A DNA stretch of 64,000 nt from Candidatus Poribacteria bacterium (GTDB lineage: Bacteria; Poribacteria; WGA-4E; WGA-3G). Of the stretch, positions 49,935 through 59,900 are shown one piece after another. The DNA is taken from the NCBI GenBank assembly GCA_965242965.1, contig OZ251518.1, positions 896,001-960,000 of the forward strand. The letters are read 5' to 3'. The position numbers and the translations under genes are program-made. Below the pieces are notes generated by a model, which made no database searches, was not told the DNA's origin, and saw only the letters and a list, made by a program, of their open reading frames with translations. How positions within the stretch are numbered: the stretch's first letter is position 1; each line of letters begins with the position of its first letter.

Positions 49935-50969
49935 TTACTGAAACGCTCCCAGGCTCTCTATATAAGGCGGCCGCGCCACCCCCTTCTCCGTGATAATCGC
50001 CGTAACCAACGCTGCAGGCGTGACATCAAACGCAGGACTGTAAACCTTCACGCCTTCCGGTGCAGTCATCTTGCCGAATCCTTCCGTGATTTCTTCCGCT
50101 GCGCGCTGCTCAATAGGAATCTCGTCCCCGGTTTTCAGCGCGAAATCCAGTGTAGAGGTAGGCGCGGCAACATAGAACGGAATCCCGTGTGCTTCGGCGA
50201 GGATAGCGACGTTGTAAGTGCCGATTTTGTTTGCCGTGTCGCCGTTCGCGGCGATTCTGTCCGCCCCGACGATAACGCATTGGATCTTCCCCTCTTTCAT
50301 CACCTGCGCTGCCATGTTGTCACAGATGAGCGTCACGTCGATGCCTGCCTGCATCAGTTCCCATGTCGTCAGGCGCGCGCCTTGCAAGAGGGGCCGCGTC
50401 TCATCGGCGAAGACGTGGATGTTCTTCCCTGCTTCGTGCGCGCTGAACATGACTGCCAACGCCGTGCCGTAGTCGGATGTCGCCAACCCGCCGGCGTTGC
50501 AATGCGTCAAAATCGTGTCGTTTTCATTCAGTAATGCCATGCCGTGCTGGCCGATGGCGCGACACATCGCCTTATCTTCCTCAATGATTTCCTGTGCTTC
50601 AGCGAGGAGCCGTTCTTTGAGCGCGGGGATGTCAAGGTGGCTGTTTTCCGCCGCCGTGCGATTTATCCGCTCTAGTGCCCAGAACAGGTTAACGGCTGTC
50701 GGGCGCGAGGTTGCGAGATAGTCAGTTGCGGATTTCAGTTCCGCGGCAAATTCATCGTAGGTTGTAGCCGTGGAATCCCATGTGCCGAGGACTGCGCCTA
50801 GCGCGGCAGCGATGCCGATAGCCGGTGCACCACGGACGCGCAAGGCTTTAATCGCCTCCCACACCGATGCGATGTCATCGCAATAAATCTGTTTAAATTC
50901 AGTAGGCAGCAGCGTCTGATCGATCATCCGGATTCTGCCATTTGCCCATTCAATAGTTGAGACTGCCAT
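49935..50969 (-). CDS. mtnA: S-methyl-5-thioribose-1-phosphate isomerase
   Basis: DQTLLP, VRGAPAIG, SRPTAVNL, LTHCNAGGLAT, DETRPLLQGARLT, GADRIAANGDTANKIGTY. Confidence 0.95.
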   Translation of the reverse strand: MAVSTIEWANGRIRMIDQTLLPTEFKQIYCDDIASVWEAIKALRVRGAPAIGIAAALGAVLGTWDSTATTYDEFAAELKSATDYLATSRPTAVNLFWALERINRTAAENSHLDIPALKERLLAEAQEIIEEDKAMCRAIGQHGMALLNENDTILTHCNAGGLATSDYGTALAVMFSAHEAGKNIHVFADETRPLLQGARLTTWELMQAGIDVTLICDNMAAQVMKEGKIQCVIVGADRIAANGDTANKIGTYNVAILAEAHGIPFYVAAPTSTLDFALKTGDEIPIEQRAAEEITEGFGKMTAPEGVKVYSPAFDVTPAALVTAIITEKGVARPPYIESLGAFQ

Positions 50970-51030
50970 AGTCGTTTCTATTTCCTTTCTTGTATTCTAG
51001 CATTGCCGCTTGCAGTTTTGCAAGACAAGT

Positions 51031-51431
51031 TTAGATAGGACAAGTTAAATTCCCGAGTTCCTCTGTCAAACGCAGGTTTTCGGCGTAATTGACAGGGCAA
51101 TCAATCACAGAGGGAACCGGCTGTTTGAAGGCATCCGTGGGGATTAGCACCAATTCATCGCTGCTTTGGACCCGGTATCCTTTCGCACCGAATGCTTGGG
51201 CGTATTTCACGAAATTCCGAGTGTAGCGCGGCAGACATCGGCTTTACCGGTGAGCCGGCCGTGGACATTTGCCATGAAGGCTGCACCGCGTTCATCGCGC
51301 GTCTGAATAAACTGGATTTTGGATTCTAATAGCGCGTCCATTAAATCCAGATTTTCTTCGCCCGGTATCCCGAAAATATAGTCAACGTTCTCATTTTCGA
51401 GACATTTGATAGCGAGTTCTGATGCTTTCAT
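51031..51431 (-). pseudogene. Acetolactate synthase large subunit with a large internal deletion
   Basis: N-terminus FGIPGEEN...RDERGAAFMA...GRLTGK...ATLG joined out of frame to C-terminus FVKYAQAFGAKGYRV...VIDCPVNYAENLRLTEELGNLTCPI*. Confidence 0.88.
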
Positions 51432-51451
51432 ACGAGGGCTCCGTTTATTTT

Positions 51452-51838
51452 TCAGGGATTTTTGCCGCCAATGATGATCAGGAAAACGCTATCTTCGTTG
51501 GCTTCCACAGCGTGAAGGACATCGGCGGTGAATACAACTGCCTCTCCCTGCTCAAGCGTGATGTTCTCAGTGCGTGATGAAAACACAATGCTTCCGTTCA
51601 GGGTAACGACAGTCGCCGAGCCGGGTGCCCGATGCTCGTGAAGAACAGTGCCGGCAGTCATCGCTGTAAGAACGACAGTCAAATCATCGCCGCGTGCAAG
51701 TGTAAGTGCTGCGCGTCCGGCCGAGGCCGCTGTGGCTTCTTCTAGGAGTTGTTCACCCATTGAATTAAGGGCAAACCCCTTCGTTATCGATGTGTCTAGA
51801 GCCACAGGCCTGTAGGGATGTTCAAATACTGTATGCAT
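51452..51838 (-). CDS. Cupin-domain protein
   Basis: LHEHRAPG...TLNG.I.F...L.QGE....ADVLHAVEA.EDS.FL. Confidence 0.8.
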   Translation of the reverse strand: MHTVFEHPYRPVALDTSITKGFALNSMGEQLLEEATAASAGRAALTLARGDDLTVVLTAMTAGTVLHEHRAPGSATVVTLNGSIVFSSRTENITLEQGEAVVFTADVLHAVEANEDSVFLIIIGGKNP

Positions 51839-52009
51839 TGAAATACCACCGTGAGTCTTGATTAACTAAAGTTTATCATACACGAGGAGAAATGGAATTG
51901 CCTTCTCAGCGTGCATCTGATATATAGTATATCATATCCACGTTAACATTGCAACTTTTTTCTTGATTTCTATCAAAACAATTGAGTTCTCGCATGAAAA
52001 TGCTTGGAT

Positions 52010-52038
52010 TTGACAAAAGTCTCCAAATGTTGTATCCT
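52010..52038 (+). promoter_or_regulatory. sigma70-type promoter
   Basis: TTGACA, 17 nt, TATCCT. Confidence 0.55.
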
Positions 52039-52148
52039 ATTATCATGAATCTGTTGGATAAGCACTCCACTTACACATTTTTATGTTGGTGTGATTTCCG
52101 AGCGCGTGCGTCGGTATCCAAACAGAAATATCCAAGAAGGAGCCATTC

Positions 52149-52574
52149 GTGGCAAATACGCAAAAAAGTAGAATATTTGGAAACATTGCGCGGCACCTAG
52201 AAAACAGTGGAGGCCCCATTCTGGCATTTGTCGCCTTACTTGCCTTTATTGTTTATCTTGTCTACGCGCATTTTTATCCGAATGCAGTCGTTGTGAAAAC
52301 ACTGCAGGTGCATGGCAGCGCGGCTCAAGTTGTCTCTGTTGCAGTTGTTTTGTTCGTTGCATTCACGATGTGGGGAGTTGAGAAAATGTTGTTCAAAATC
52401 GCAGAGCGTGAGCAGTTAAGAAACCGCAACGCCGAACAGGCATCGCGCATCGCCGAACTGGAAATCCAAGCTGCAAAAATCCCAATCCTGGAACGGCTTA
52501 ACGCCGAACAGGCGGCGCGCATTGCCGAACTGGAAAACGAGAAGAAGCAGCAGAACGAGGAAGAACGTCAATAA
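52149..52574 (+). CDS. Two-TM protein with a C-terminal coiled coil (NAEQAxRIAELE x2)
   Basis: AAGGAG RBS before GTG; two hydrophobic helices. Confidence 0.7.
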   Translation: MANTQKSRIFGNIARHLENSGGPILAFVALLAFIVYLVYAHFYPNAVVVKTLQVHGSAAQVVSVAVVLFVAFTMWGVEKMLFKIAEREQLRNRNAEQASRIAELEIQAAKIPILERLNAEQAARIAELENEKKQQNEEERQ

Positions 52575-52625
52575 CCCGATGGAAACCTATCGGGACGTTT
52601 GGCGAACTACCTCCGTTGCCTCACA

Positions 52626-52673
52626 ACAGCCCCGCCGCGCGCGGGGCTGTCGCGCGCGGGGCTGTCGTTTTTC
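52626..52673 (+). terminator. Intrinsic terminator with a duplicated 3' arm
   Basis: ACAGCCCCGC..GCGGGGCTGT hairpin, 15-bp tandem repeat CGCGCGCGGGGCTGT, then a T run. Confidence 0.55.
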
Positions 52674-52687
52674 TGAAAAAAAGAACG

Positions 52688-52716
52688 TTGACTTTTCAGT
52701 TGAAATGTGGTAGACT
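52688..52716 (+). promoter_or_regulatory. sigma70-type promoter directly upstream of the inserted cassette
   Basis: TTGACT, 17 nt, TAGACT with TGn. Confidence 0.6.
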
Positions 52717-52726
52717 ATGTTATATC

Positions 52727-53174
52727 AGGGTGTTTCATAACTCCGTTTCGGTATTTATCCCGCCTTGGAAGGAGGGAGAATACCTGAAGGCATCGGGCCC
52801 ACCTCTGTAGTTTGTGATCGCCTGATCACAAACAGGTCAGGATCCGGCGATCCTAACCTACAGGGGTGATGAGGTTTGATAGCCAAACGCCTGGCGAGGG
52901 ACAGGCCCTCGCGCTACGGGGTAGAAGATTTTCCGTGCCACCGTAGGGCGGGGGCCTGTCCCCCGCCATGCTGCGGTCTACCAAAAACCTCTTTTAGGTC
53001 CGTAGGACCTACATGTCTATAGAAAAACGTGCCGCACCCTATCAAGGTCCGTAGGACCTTAATAAGGGTTATAGTGTTGCATCGAGACCGGGAGGGCTCT
53101 CCTACGGGCTGATCGCGGGGGACAGGCCCCCGCGCGACGGTAACCGGACGGTTTCTTGAGTTATGAAACACCCT
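52727..53174. mobile_element. MITE-like REP cassette with perfect 17-bp terminal inverted repeats
   Basis: AGGGTGTTTCATAACTC (52727-52743) and GAGTTATGAAACACCCT (53158-53174). Confidence 0.65.
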
Positions 53175-53202
53175 CATATTAAATCATCCGAATGCAGTCA
53201 TT

Positions 53203-53499
53203 GTGAAAACATTGCGTGCAGCCCAAGTTGTCTCTGTTGCAGTTGTTTTACTCGTTGCATTCACTATATGTAGAGGTAAAAAAATGTTATTCAAAAACGC
53301 AGAGCGTGAGGAGTTACTAAAACGCAACGCCGAACAGGCAGCGCGCATTGCCGAATTGGAAGTCCAGGAGGTAAAACTCCAAATCCGAATCTTGGAACGG
53401 CGCATTGCTTACTTAGAAGCGCGGGATGTCGAAAAGACAGCGCGCATCGCCGAACTGGAAAACCAGAAGGCACAGCAGAACGACGAAGAACGTCGATAA
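53203..53499 (+). CDS. 5'-truncated paralogue of the 52149 protein; probable start at ATG 53284 (coiled coil only)
   Basis: DNA similarity to 52276-52574 begins at 53186; AGAGGT RBS before ATG 53284. Confidence 0.6.
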   Translation: MKTLRAAQVVSVAVVLLVAFTICRGKKMLFKNAEREELLKRNAEQAARIAELEVQEVKLQIRILERRIAYLEARDVEKTARIAELENQKAQQNDEERR

Positions 53500-53514
53500 G
53501 CCAGAGGTAACAAC

Positions 53515-54270
53515 GTGAGCAACCAACCTGAAAATGTTATCACCGCCGAATTAGTCCGCATCCTAAATCGGATGAGCCCTAGATGGAAATTGGAACAACA
53601 CCAACGTCCCTTCCGCGGCAGCCAGAAGAACCCCGATATTTTTATCACCCGACCGGGGTATGAACCTGTCGCCATTGAGGCGAAATACGTCGATTCTGCC
53701 GATGACGTGGTGGCGCAAGCACAAAAACATGTCGGCCGTGAATTGGAAACAGAATATGCCACGCGGACCGGAACGCTACACACCGTCATGGCGATTCGGT
53801 ACCCGGCGTGGTTCAAGGATGTTGCAGGCAGGGAGATTGAGGAGAAACTCTGCCGTGCCGCTGATCTTCAATATCTGCTCAAGGGCAAAAGCGGCGGCGA
53901 GGCTTACCAATTTCCGCGCAACGGCTGGGCAACCGGCACCGTTGCAGACATCGCAAACGCCGTGCATGTCGGGACAGTGCCGAGCGAGAGGATTGACGAT
54001 GCCGCTGAGCAACTGGAGCGCGCCGTGAACATCGCCGCCCAACAACTAGACGAAACCGTCACCGCGCGGCCCGCTATTGGGGATAGCCTTGAACACATTT
54101 TGCATCAAGAACGAGGCACGCAGACTTCGCGAATGGCATGTCTTATCATCACCGACGCGTTTGTCTTCCAATCGTCACTCGCCGGCAAAGATTTGCAGGA
54201 ACTCGCCGGTGATAACACACAGGCATTGAAGACGGGGTTAACAGACGTAAATCGAAGAGGGGGGGGGTAA
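53515..54270 (+). CDS. N-terminal PD-(D/E)xK endonuclease part of a type IIG-like R-M enzyme; stops at the G9 tract
   Basis: NPDIFI......VAIEAK; GAGGT RBS; ends AGA GGG GGG GGG TAA. Confidence 0.72.
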   Translation: MSNQPENVITAELVRILNRMSPRWKLEQHQRPFRGSQKNPDIFITRPGYEPVAIEAKYVDSADDVVAQAQKHVGRELETEYATRTGTLHTVMAIRYPAWFKDVAGREIEEKLCRAADLQYLLKGKSGGEAYQFPRNGWATGTVADIANAVHVGTVPSERIDDAAEQLERAVNIAAQQLDETVTARPAIGDSLEHILHQERGTQTSRMACLIITDAFVFQSSLAGKDLQELAGDNTQALKTGLTDVNRRGGG

Positions 54271-54301
54271 ACTCGCCGGTGACAACACACAGGCATTGAA
54301 G
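54200..54301 (+). repeat. 32-bp direct repeat flanking a 38-bp segment containing G9
   Basis: AACTCGCCGGTGAYAACACACAGGCATTGAAG at 54200-54231 and 54270-54301; G9 at 54259-54267. Confidence 0.95.
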
Positions 54302-56572
54302 GCACTCGAAAATCGGAAGCCGGTCTGCTCTCTCGGACAGCATCTCCGCAAAATGGATTTTGCAGACGTGCTGACAGACTGGGAAACCCTCCTGAAAGTC
54401 AATTACCAACCCATCTTCGCCGATGCGGTGCAAATGGTAACGGCAATCGCTACCGATGACAGGTTGATAAATGAACTACTCAGCATTTTGTGCAAGGCGG
54501 CAAATGACCTGGTGAAGACGCGCCTCGCGCAAATCCACGAATTAGCAGGCGAAGTATTCCAAAAACTCATCGTTGACAGGAAATATGTCAAGGCAAACTA
54601 CACGCTACCTACTTCGGCTGCACTGCTGTCAACGTTAGTTTGTCCTGAACTGCCTGAAGGCCGCCTGCCGAAAGTTGCCGACTTCGCTTGCGGGACAGGT
54701 TCGCTGCTCAACGGGGTTTACAAACGGGTGCAACGGCTTTATGAACAGCAGGGAGACAAGGACAGCGCGGACATCCATAAGGAGATGTTGGAGGACAATC
54801 TTGCCGGGAGTGACATCATGCCGAATGCAACGCACCTAACGTTCGCAAGTCTTGCGAGCGCGCAGCCGGAGATACCCCTCGGCGCGACTCGCATCGTCAC
54901 TGCTCCTTATGGGAAGCAACCTGATAAAACCTTTGCAGTAGGCGCGCTGGAACTCCTTGATGAAGAACTGCTGCTGCCAACGATAGACACTGAGGCAGTC
55001 CAACTCGGCGGCGAGGAAAGTGCCGCTGTTGAGATAAAACGGCTGTTCCGCAACGGCGAGATGGACATCGTTATCCAAAATCCGCCGTTCAGAAAGCATA
55101 GTGCCGATGCAAATACAGGCATTCCCAAGGTCGCGTTTCAAGGAACGCAAACCCCGGAAGAAGAGAAGAAAGAGCTCCAGCGGGCCCTCAAACGGAAGGA
55201 GACGCGGGTGGCTCACGGCACAGCCGGTCATCATTCCCACTTCGTTGAGCTCGCTGACAGGAAACTCAAGGCAGGTGGCACGATGGGTGTGATTCTGCCG
55301 GCGACAATTCTCGCCTCTGCCTCCATGCAAAAAGTGCGCGATATGTGGGCGGCAGAATACCACAACGTTTATGTCATCACCATCGCCGGTGCGAAGGGAA
55401 AGGACAACGCATTTTCGTCGGATACCGACATGGCAGAATGCATCGTCGTCGCCACAAAGGGAATTAGCGACAACACAGGCACTGCAACGTTTGTCTCGTT
55501 AACCAAACGTCCGAATAGCCTGCTAGAAGCCACAGAGGTTGCGAATCGCATTCTCCGCAGCGATGGTGATGAAGAGACGCTTATCATCGGTGAGGATGTC
55601 GCAGGCAAGCGTGTAGAATGCCCTGTGATTGTTGGACAGACTTGGGGTGCCTCACGCGTCAAGTCCGTTTCTGTGCTACAGACTGCCTACAAACTTGCAA
55701 ATTCGGTGTTGTCGCTTCCACGCCTCACGACATCGCTGTCCCTTCCGATGGCGCGGGTTGAAGACATCGCTGTTGTTGGATTCACTGAACCTACTATTAA
55801 AGGGAAGAACGGTGCATTCACGGTGGTGAAAGGCTATGAGAAGACGAGCGATGGTTACCCCGCGCTTTGGCACGCGAAGTGCGAACAGCAGCGCGCAATG
55901 GTTGTTTTTCCGGACTCGCATGCCAAAATTCGATCTGGCAAGGAAGTGCAGGCGCAGCGCATCTTGGAACGCATCAGCCGAGTGCACTACTACCTGTCAC
56001 CGACGTTCAGCGCAACCTCGGCTATCGCCATGTTTACCGAAGAACCGAGCATCGGCACCTGTATTATTACAAACGTCGCTTTTCAAGAAACGCGTCATGA
56101 AATCGCGTGGACGCTGTGGTGCAATTCAACGCTGGGGGTAGTCTGCCACTGGCTGCAGTGTGGAAAGCAACAACCGGGACGAGGCAGGCTGACGCACACA
56201 ACGCTCAAAACTATGCCGACGTTGGATGTCCGTCAACTCTCTGATGATGCGTTATCAAACGCCGCGGCAATTTTCGAGCGGTTAAAATACGAACGGATGC
56301 TGCCGCTGAATGAATGCGCCGCAGACGAAATTCGGCACGAATTAGATGCAGAATTGCTGACAAACGTGTTGGGTATTCGGGATATCGATGTGCTTGCCTC
56401 AATGCAGACGTTGCGGGAGTTGCTTTGCGCAGAACCAAGCATTCAGGGTGGAAAGCAGTCGACGTGCGATCTGGATGCGGAATTGGAGAAGTTGTCTGCG
56501 CAGGGTGTCGTGCTGCCGGGGATGTCGGCGGCAGCGACGGTGCGGGAGCAAGCGGTTTTGGATTTCGCGTAG
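54296..56572 (+). CDS. Gamma-class N6-adenine methyltransferase + target recognition part of the type IIG-like R-M enzyme
   Basis: ADFACGTGSLL (motif I) precedes VIQNPPF (motif IV); LKAGGTMGVILP. Confidence 0.85.
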   Translation: MKALENRKPVCSLGQHLRKMDFADVLTDWETLLKVNYQPIFADAVQMVTAIATDDRLINELLSILCKAANDLVKTRLAQIHELAGEVFQKLIVDRKYVKANYTLPTSAALLSTLVCPELPEGRLPKVADFACGTGSLLNGVYKRVQRLYEQQGDKDSADIHKEMLEDNLAGSDIMPNATHLTFASLASAQPEIPLGATRIVTAPYGKQPDKTFAVGALELLDEELLLPTIDTEAVQLGGEESAAVEIKRLFRNGEMDIVIQNPPFRKHSADANTGIPKVAFQGTQTPEEEKKELQRALKRKETRVAHGTAGHHSHFVELADRKLKAGGTMGVILPATILASASMQKVRDMWAAEYHNVYVITIAGAKGKDNAFSSDTDMAECIVVATKGISDNTGTATFVSLTKRPNSLLEATEVANRILRSDGDEETLIIGEDVAGKRVECPVIVGQTWGASRVKSVSVLQTAYKLANSVLSLPRLTTSLSLPMARVEDIAVVGFTEPTIKGKNGAFTVVKGYEKTSDGYPALWHAKCEQQRAMVVFPDSHAKIRSGKEVQAQRILERISRVHYYLSPTFSATSAIAMFTEEPSIGTCIITNVAFQETRHEIAWTLWCNSTLGVVCHWLQCGKQQPGRGRLTHTTLKTMPTLDVRQLSDDALSNAAAIFERLKYERMLPLNECAADEIRHELDAELLTNVLGIRDIDVLASMQTLRELLCAEPSIQGGKQSTCDLDAELEKLSAQGVVLPGMSAAATVREQAVLDFA

Positions 56573-56608
56573 GGTTGTCATTCGCATGGGTTGAGGGCGT
56601 TTTTTCAC

Positions 56609-56868
56609 CGTAGGGCGAGGGCCTGTCCCTCGCCATGCGTTTGGATGGCAAACCGCCTCACCTCTGTAGGTCAGGATCGCCTGATCCTGACCCGTTCGGG
56701 AGCGGGCGCTCCCGAACTACAAAGATGGGCCTGGTGCCTTCCGGTAGGAGGGACATCCTTGTCCCGATACGGTGGGCATCGAGACCGGGAGGTCTCTCCT
56801 ACCGGGAAGACATTGATTTATGAAACCCCCTCGGATAACTACCGAAACGGAGTTATGAAACACCCTCA
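56609..56868. repeat. REP mosaic with two TATGAAAC(A/C)CCCTC ends
   Basis: GTAG hairpin families; happens to be open in frame with the downstream protease. Confidence 0.88.
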
Positions 56869-56962
56869 ATTAAGTTTGCGATTAAGGACTTACGCACCTA
56901 AAGACGATTATCCTCTTATGCAAGCGGCGGCAAAAAACTGCTTATTTTCATTCGGCATCGCA

Positions 56963-59900
56963 ATGAAACAATCTCACGTAACGCTTCTCGCAATTCTCTT
57001 TTTTATTGTTACACAAAACGGATGGACAGAACTTACCGTTCATACACCAAGTCCTTCTGACATCACGGGGCATTATGCACCGGCAGAACTGCTCGTGCGG
57101 GTGCGCGCGGAGACTGACATGGGGAAACTCTATGGAACCGGTGTTGCCTCTGTTACCCCGGTCTTCTCACCGGATACGCGTGCAGGAAAGCATCCGCTTC
57201 TTCGGCGGAGTTATCTGGTTCGGTTTCACCCGGTAGACGCGCCTACGCTGTCTCGATTGGAACAACTGCGCGAACGATATGAAAACTATCCGTGGGTTGA
57301 AGCGGTTCAGTTTAACAGACTCAACAGATTTTGTGCGGTTTCGGATGAGGAGGTTGTGCCCACCGAGCCCCGTTATGAAGAGCAGTGGAATCTGCGCGCG
57401 CTCAATCTACCAAAGGCGTGGGCAGTTGAGCAAGGAACGCCTGAAGTCATCGTCGCTGTTGTGGATAGCGGGATAGACAGCCAGCATCCGGAACTCCGTT
57501 CGCAACTCTGGCAGAACCCCAACGAAATTGCCGGTAACGGCGTTGACGATGACAGGAATGGTTACGTTGACGACATCAACGGCTGGGATTTCAGCGATGC
57601 GCCGACGATGCCAGGGCGCGGGGATTGGACTGAACGTGACAACTCCCCCGATGACGAAAGTGGACACGGCACGCATGTCGCCGGTATCATCGCCGCGGAA
57701 CCGAACAACGGTATCGGCATTGCCGGCATCGCGTGGGGCTGCCGCTTGATGCCCCTGAGAGCCGGTTTTATTTCCGGTGGGGGTGCGTTTTTACAGAGTG
57801 ACGATGTCGCCGCCGCGATTGTCTACGCCGCCGACAACGGCGCGCACGTCATTAACCTCAGCTTGGGGGATACGGTGAACGTTTTCGTCGTCCAAGATGC
57901 TGTCGCATACGCCTATCAACGTGGTTGTGTGTTGGTAGCCGCCGCCGGCAACGATGCAACCGCCGGTTCCTATTACCCCGCCGCGCTTGATACAGTCGTC
58001 TCTGTTGCCGCGATGGGAGAAAATGGCCGGCTATCGGGTATCTCCAATTTCGGAGCGACGATTGATATTGCGGCACCCGGTGATAACATTCTCAGCACCG
58101 ATTTAGATGGACAATTTCAGGTGAAATTCGGTACCTCGATGGCGGCGGCGCATATTTCGGGGGTGGTGGCGTTGATGCTCTCTGCCAATCCTGCCTGCAG
58201 CAACGCCGAAATTCGGCAGACGCTCACGGCGAGTTCGTTAGTCCCGGAAAATGTCCTCGTCGGTGCCGGCGTGCCGGATACGCACCTCGCGCTTACCGCT
58301 TCAACGGGACTTGTGGCGCAACTCGCTGTCACCTATCGGATGCCTGTTATCGCAATTTACGGTAGCGCGGGCGGTGCTAACTTCGCTGAGTATCAGTTAG
58401 ATTTCGGACGCGGTGAAACGCCGGATGCCTGGGGTCCCGTGCTTCCACCGCGAACCGAACCGAAGTTTAACGCACTCCTGCACGAATGGGATGTCTCAGG
58501 CTTAGCAGATGATACCTACACGCTGCGTTTGCGCGTTATACCAGACAAGAGAGGCTATGTGAGTCAAAATCCGAAGTTGAAACAGCGCGTCACTGCTGAA
58601 CAGCGGAGGCCCGTTACTGAAAAAATTGTCGTTGAGATAAGCAACAAGGCACCGACTTTTTCCAAACATGATGCAAGCGCGTGGTTTGCAGGCGACAAGG
58701 TTGAACCTGTCATCACGTGGCAAACGGAGGCGTTGACTATCGGAGAGGTGGAAATCTTCTCACTAGGCGCGAGGGCTCCGTTGCGCATCGCTCGCACCGA
58801 TTCTGTCAACCATCGGCATCTTGTCTATCTCTCCGAACTGGGTTTGCCGTCTTCGGCGTTCGCCTATCGTCTCATCGCAAAAAACCGTTCTGACGTGCAA
58901 ACCGTTGACGACAACGCGGGAAATTTATATCGGATTGAGAGCATCGATGCGCGCATTCCGACTTCGCGCCTCACACAAATCGCATCGGCGGAACGCAGTT
59001 TGCACGCAATCTTCGCCGCCGCGGATATGAACGGCAATGGCAAGCAAGAACTCATCGCCGTGGAGACAGAGGCAAGCGGCTGGTTCTCACCGCATCTCTT
59101 TGAAACCGATGCCGACGGCACCTACCGGCAAGTCTTTACGTTATCAGAACCGATGCGTCCATGGGACGCTGCGGACACCGATGGCGATGGACTTATTGAC
59201 ATATTAGGGCACGCTTTGTCGGGGACATTCCTGCTGGAACAACCCGCACCCGGCGAATTTCCATCGGTGCGCACCTGGGAAGCACCGGCGTTATGGGGCG
59301 GAACCATTGCAGACTTGGACAGGGACGGCACTCCCGAAATCTTCTCTCGCGATGCCGCTGCATCTGCCATTGCCGTTTATGAGGCAATCGGAAATAACAG
59401 CTATCGCAACATCGCAATGCTTGAAAATCCGACGGATGGCGATAATAGCATGAGCACCAGTTTTGCAACCGGCGATTTTGACGGTGATGGACGCATGGAG
59501 ATTTTGGCTGGCGATGCAGATGGCGCGCTGTTCATTTACGAGGCAATCGGGGATAACCGATATGAGTCGGTGTGGCAAAGCACGCTCCCGGAGGGCCGCC
59601 CACAACTCTTCGCTGCAGGCGAACTCAATGGCGATGGCAGTGCAGAATTCGCTGTCGGCGCGAAAATGTGGACAGAAGATTCTGACCCGGGGCGTTACCA
59701 CTGGCTCATCACAATCTTCTCCGAAACGGGCGACAATGCCTACCGCGCGGTATGGCATCAACGGATTCGCAACGCACGCGATGGAGGAAACGGGTTAACC
59801 ATCGCCGATGCTGACAACGATGGCAGAAATGAATTGTGCATCGCTGTGTCGCCAAATTTCTATCTCGTTCAATATGATGGTTCTGATTACGTCCCAGTCT

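Noticed and set aside
54200-54301. 32-bp repeat / 38-bp spacer / 32-bp repeat as a mini-CRISPR
   Set aside because: The repeat is in-frame coding sequence (LAGDNTQALK), non-palindromic, with no leader or cas genes.
56591-56962. 124-aa N-terminal extension of the S8 protease (similar extensions at 357, 22193, 39276, 45849, 48148)
   Set aside because: Extensions run through repeats, promoters or other genes; downstream starts have an SD, a signal peptide or the family N-terminus.
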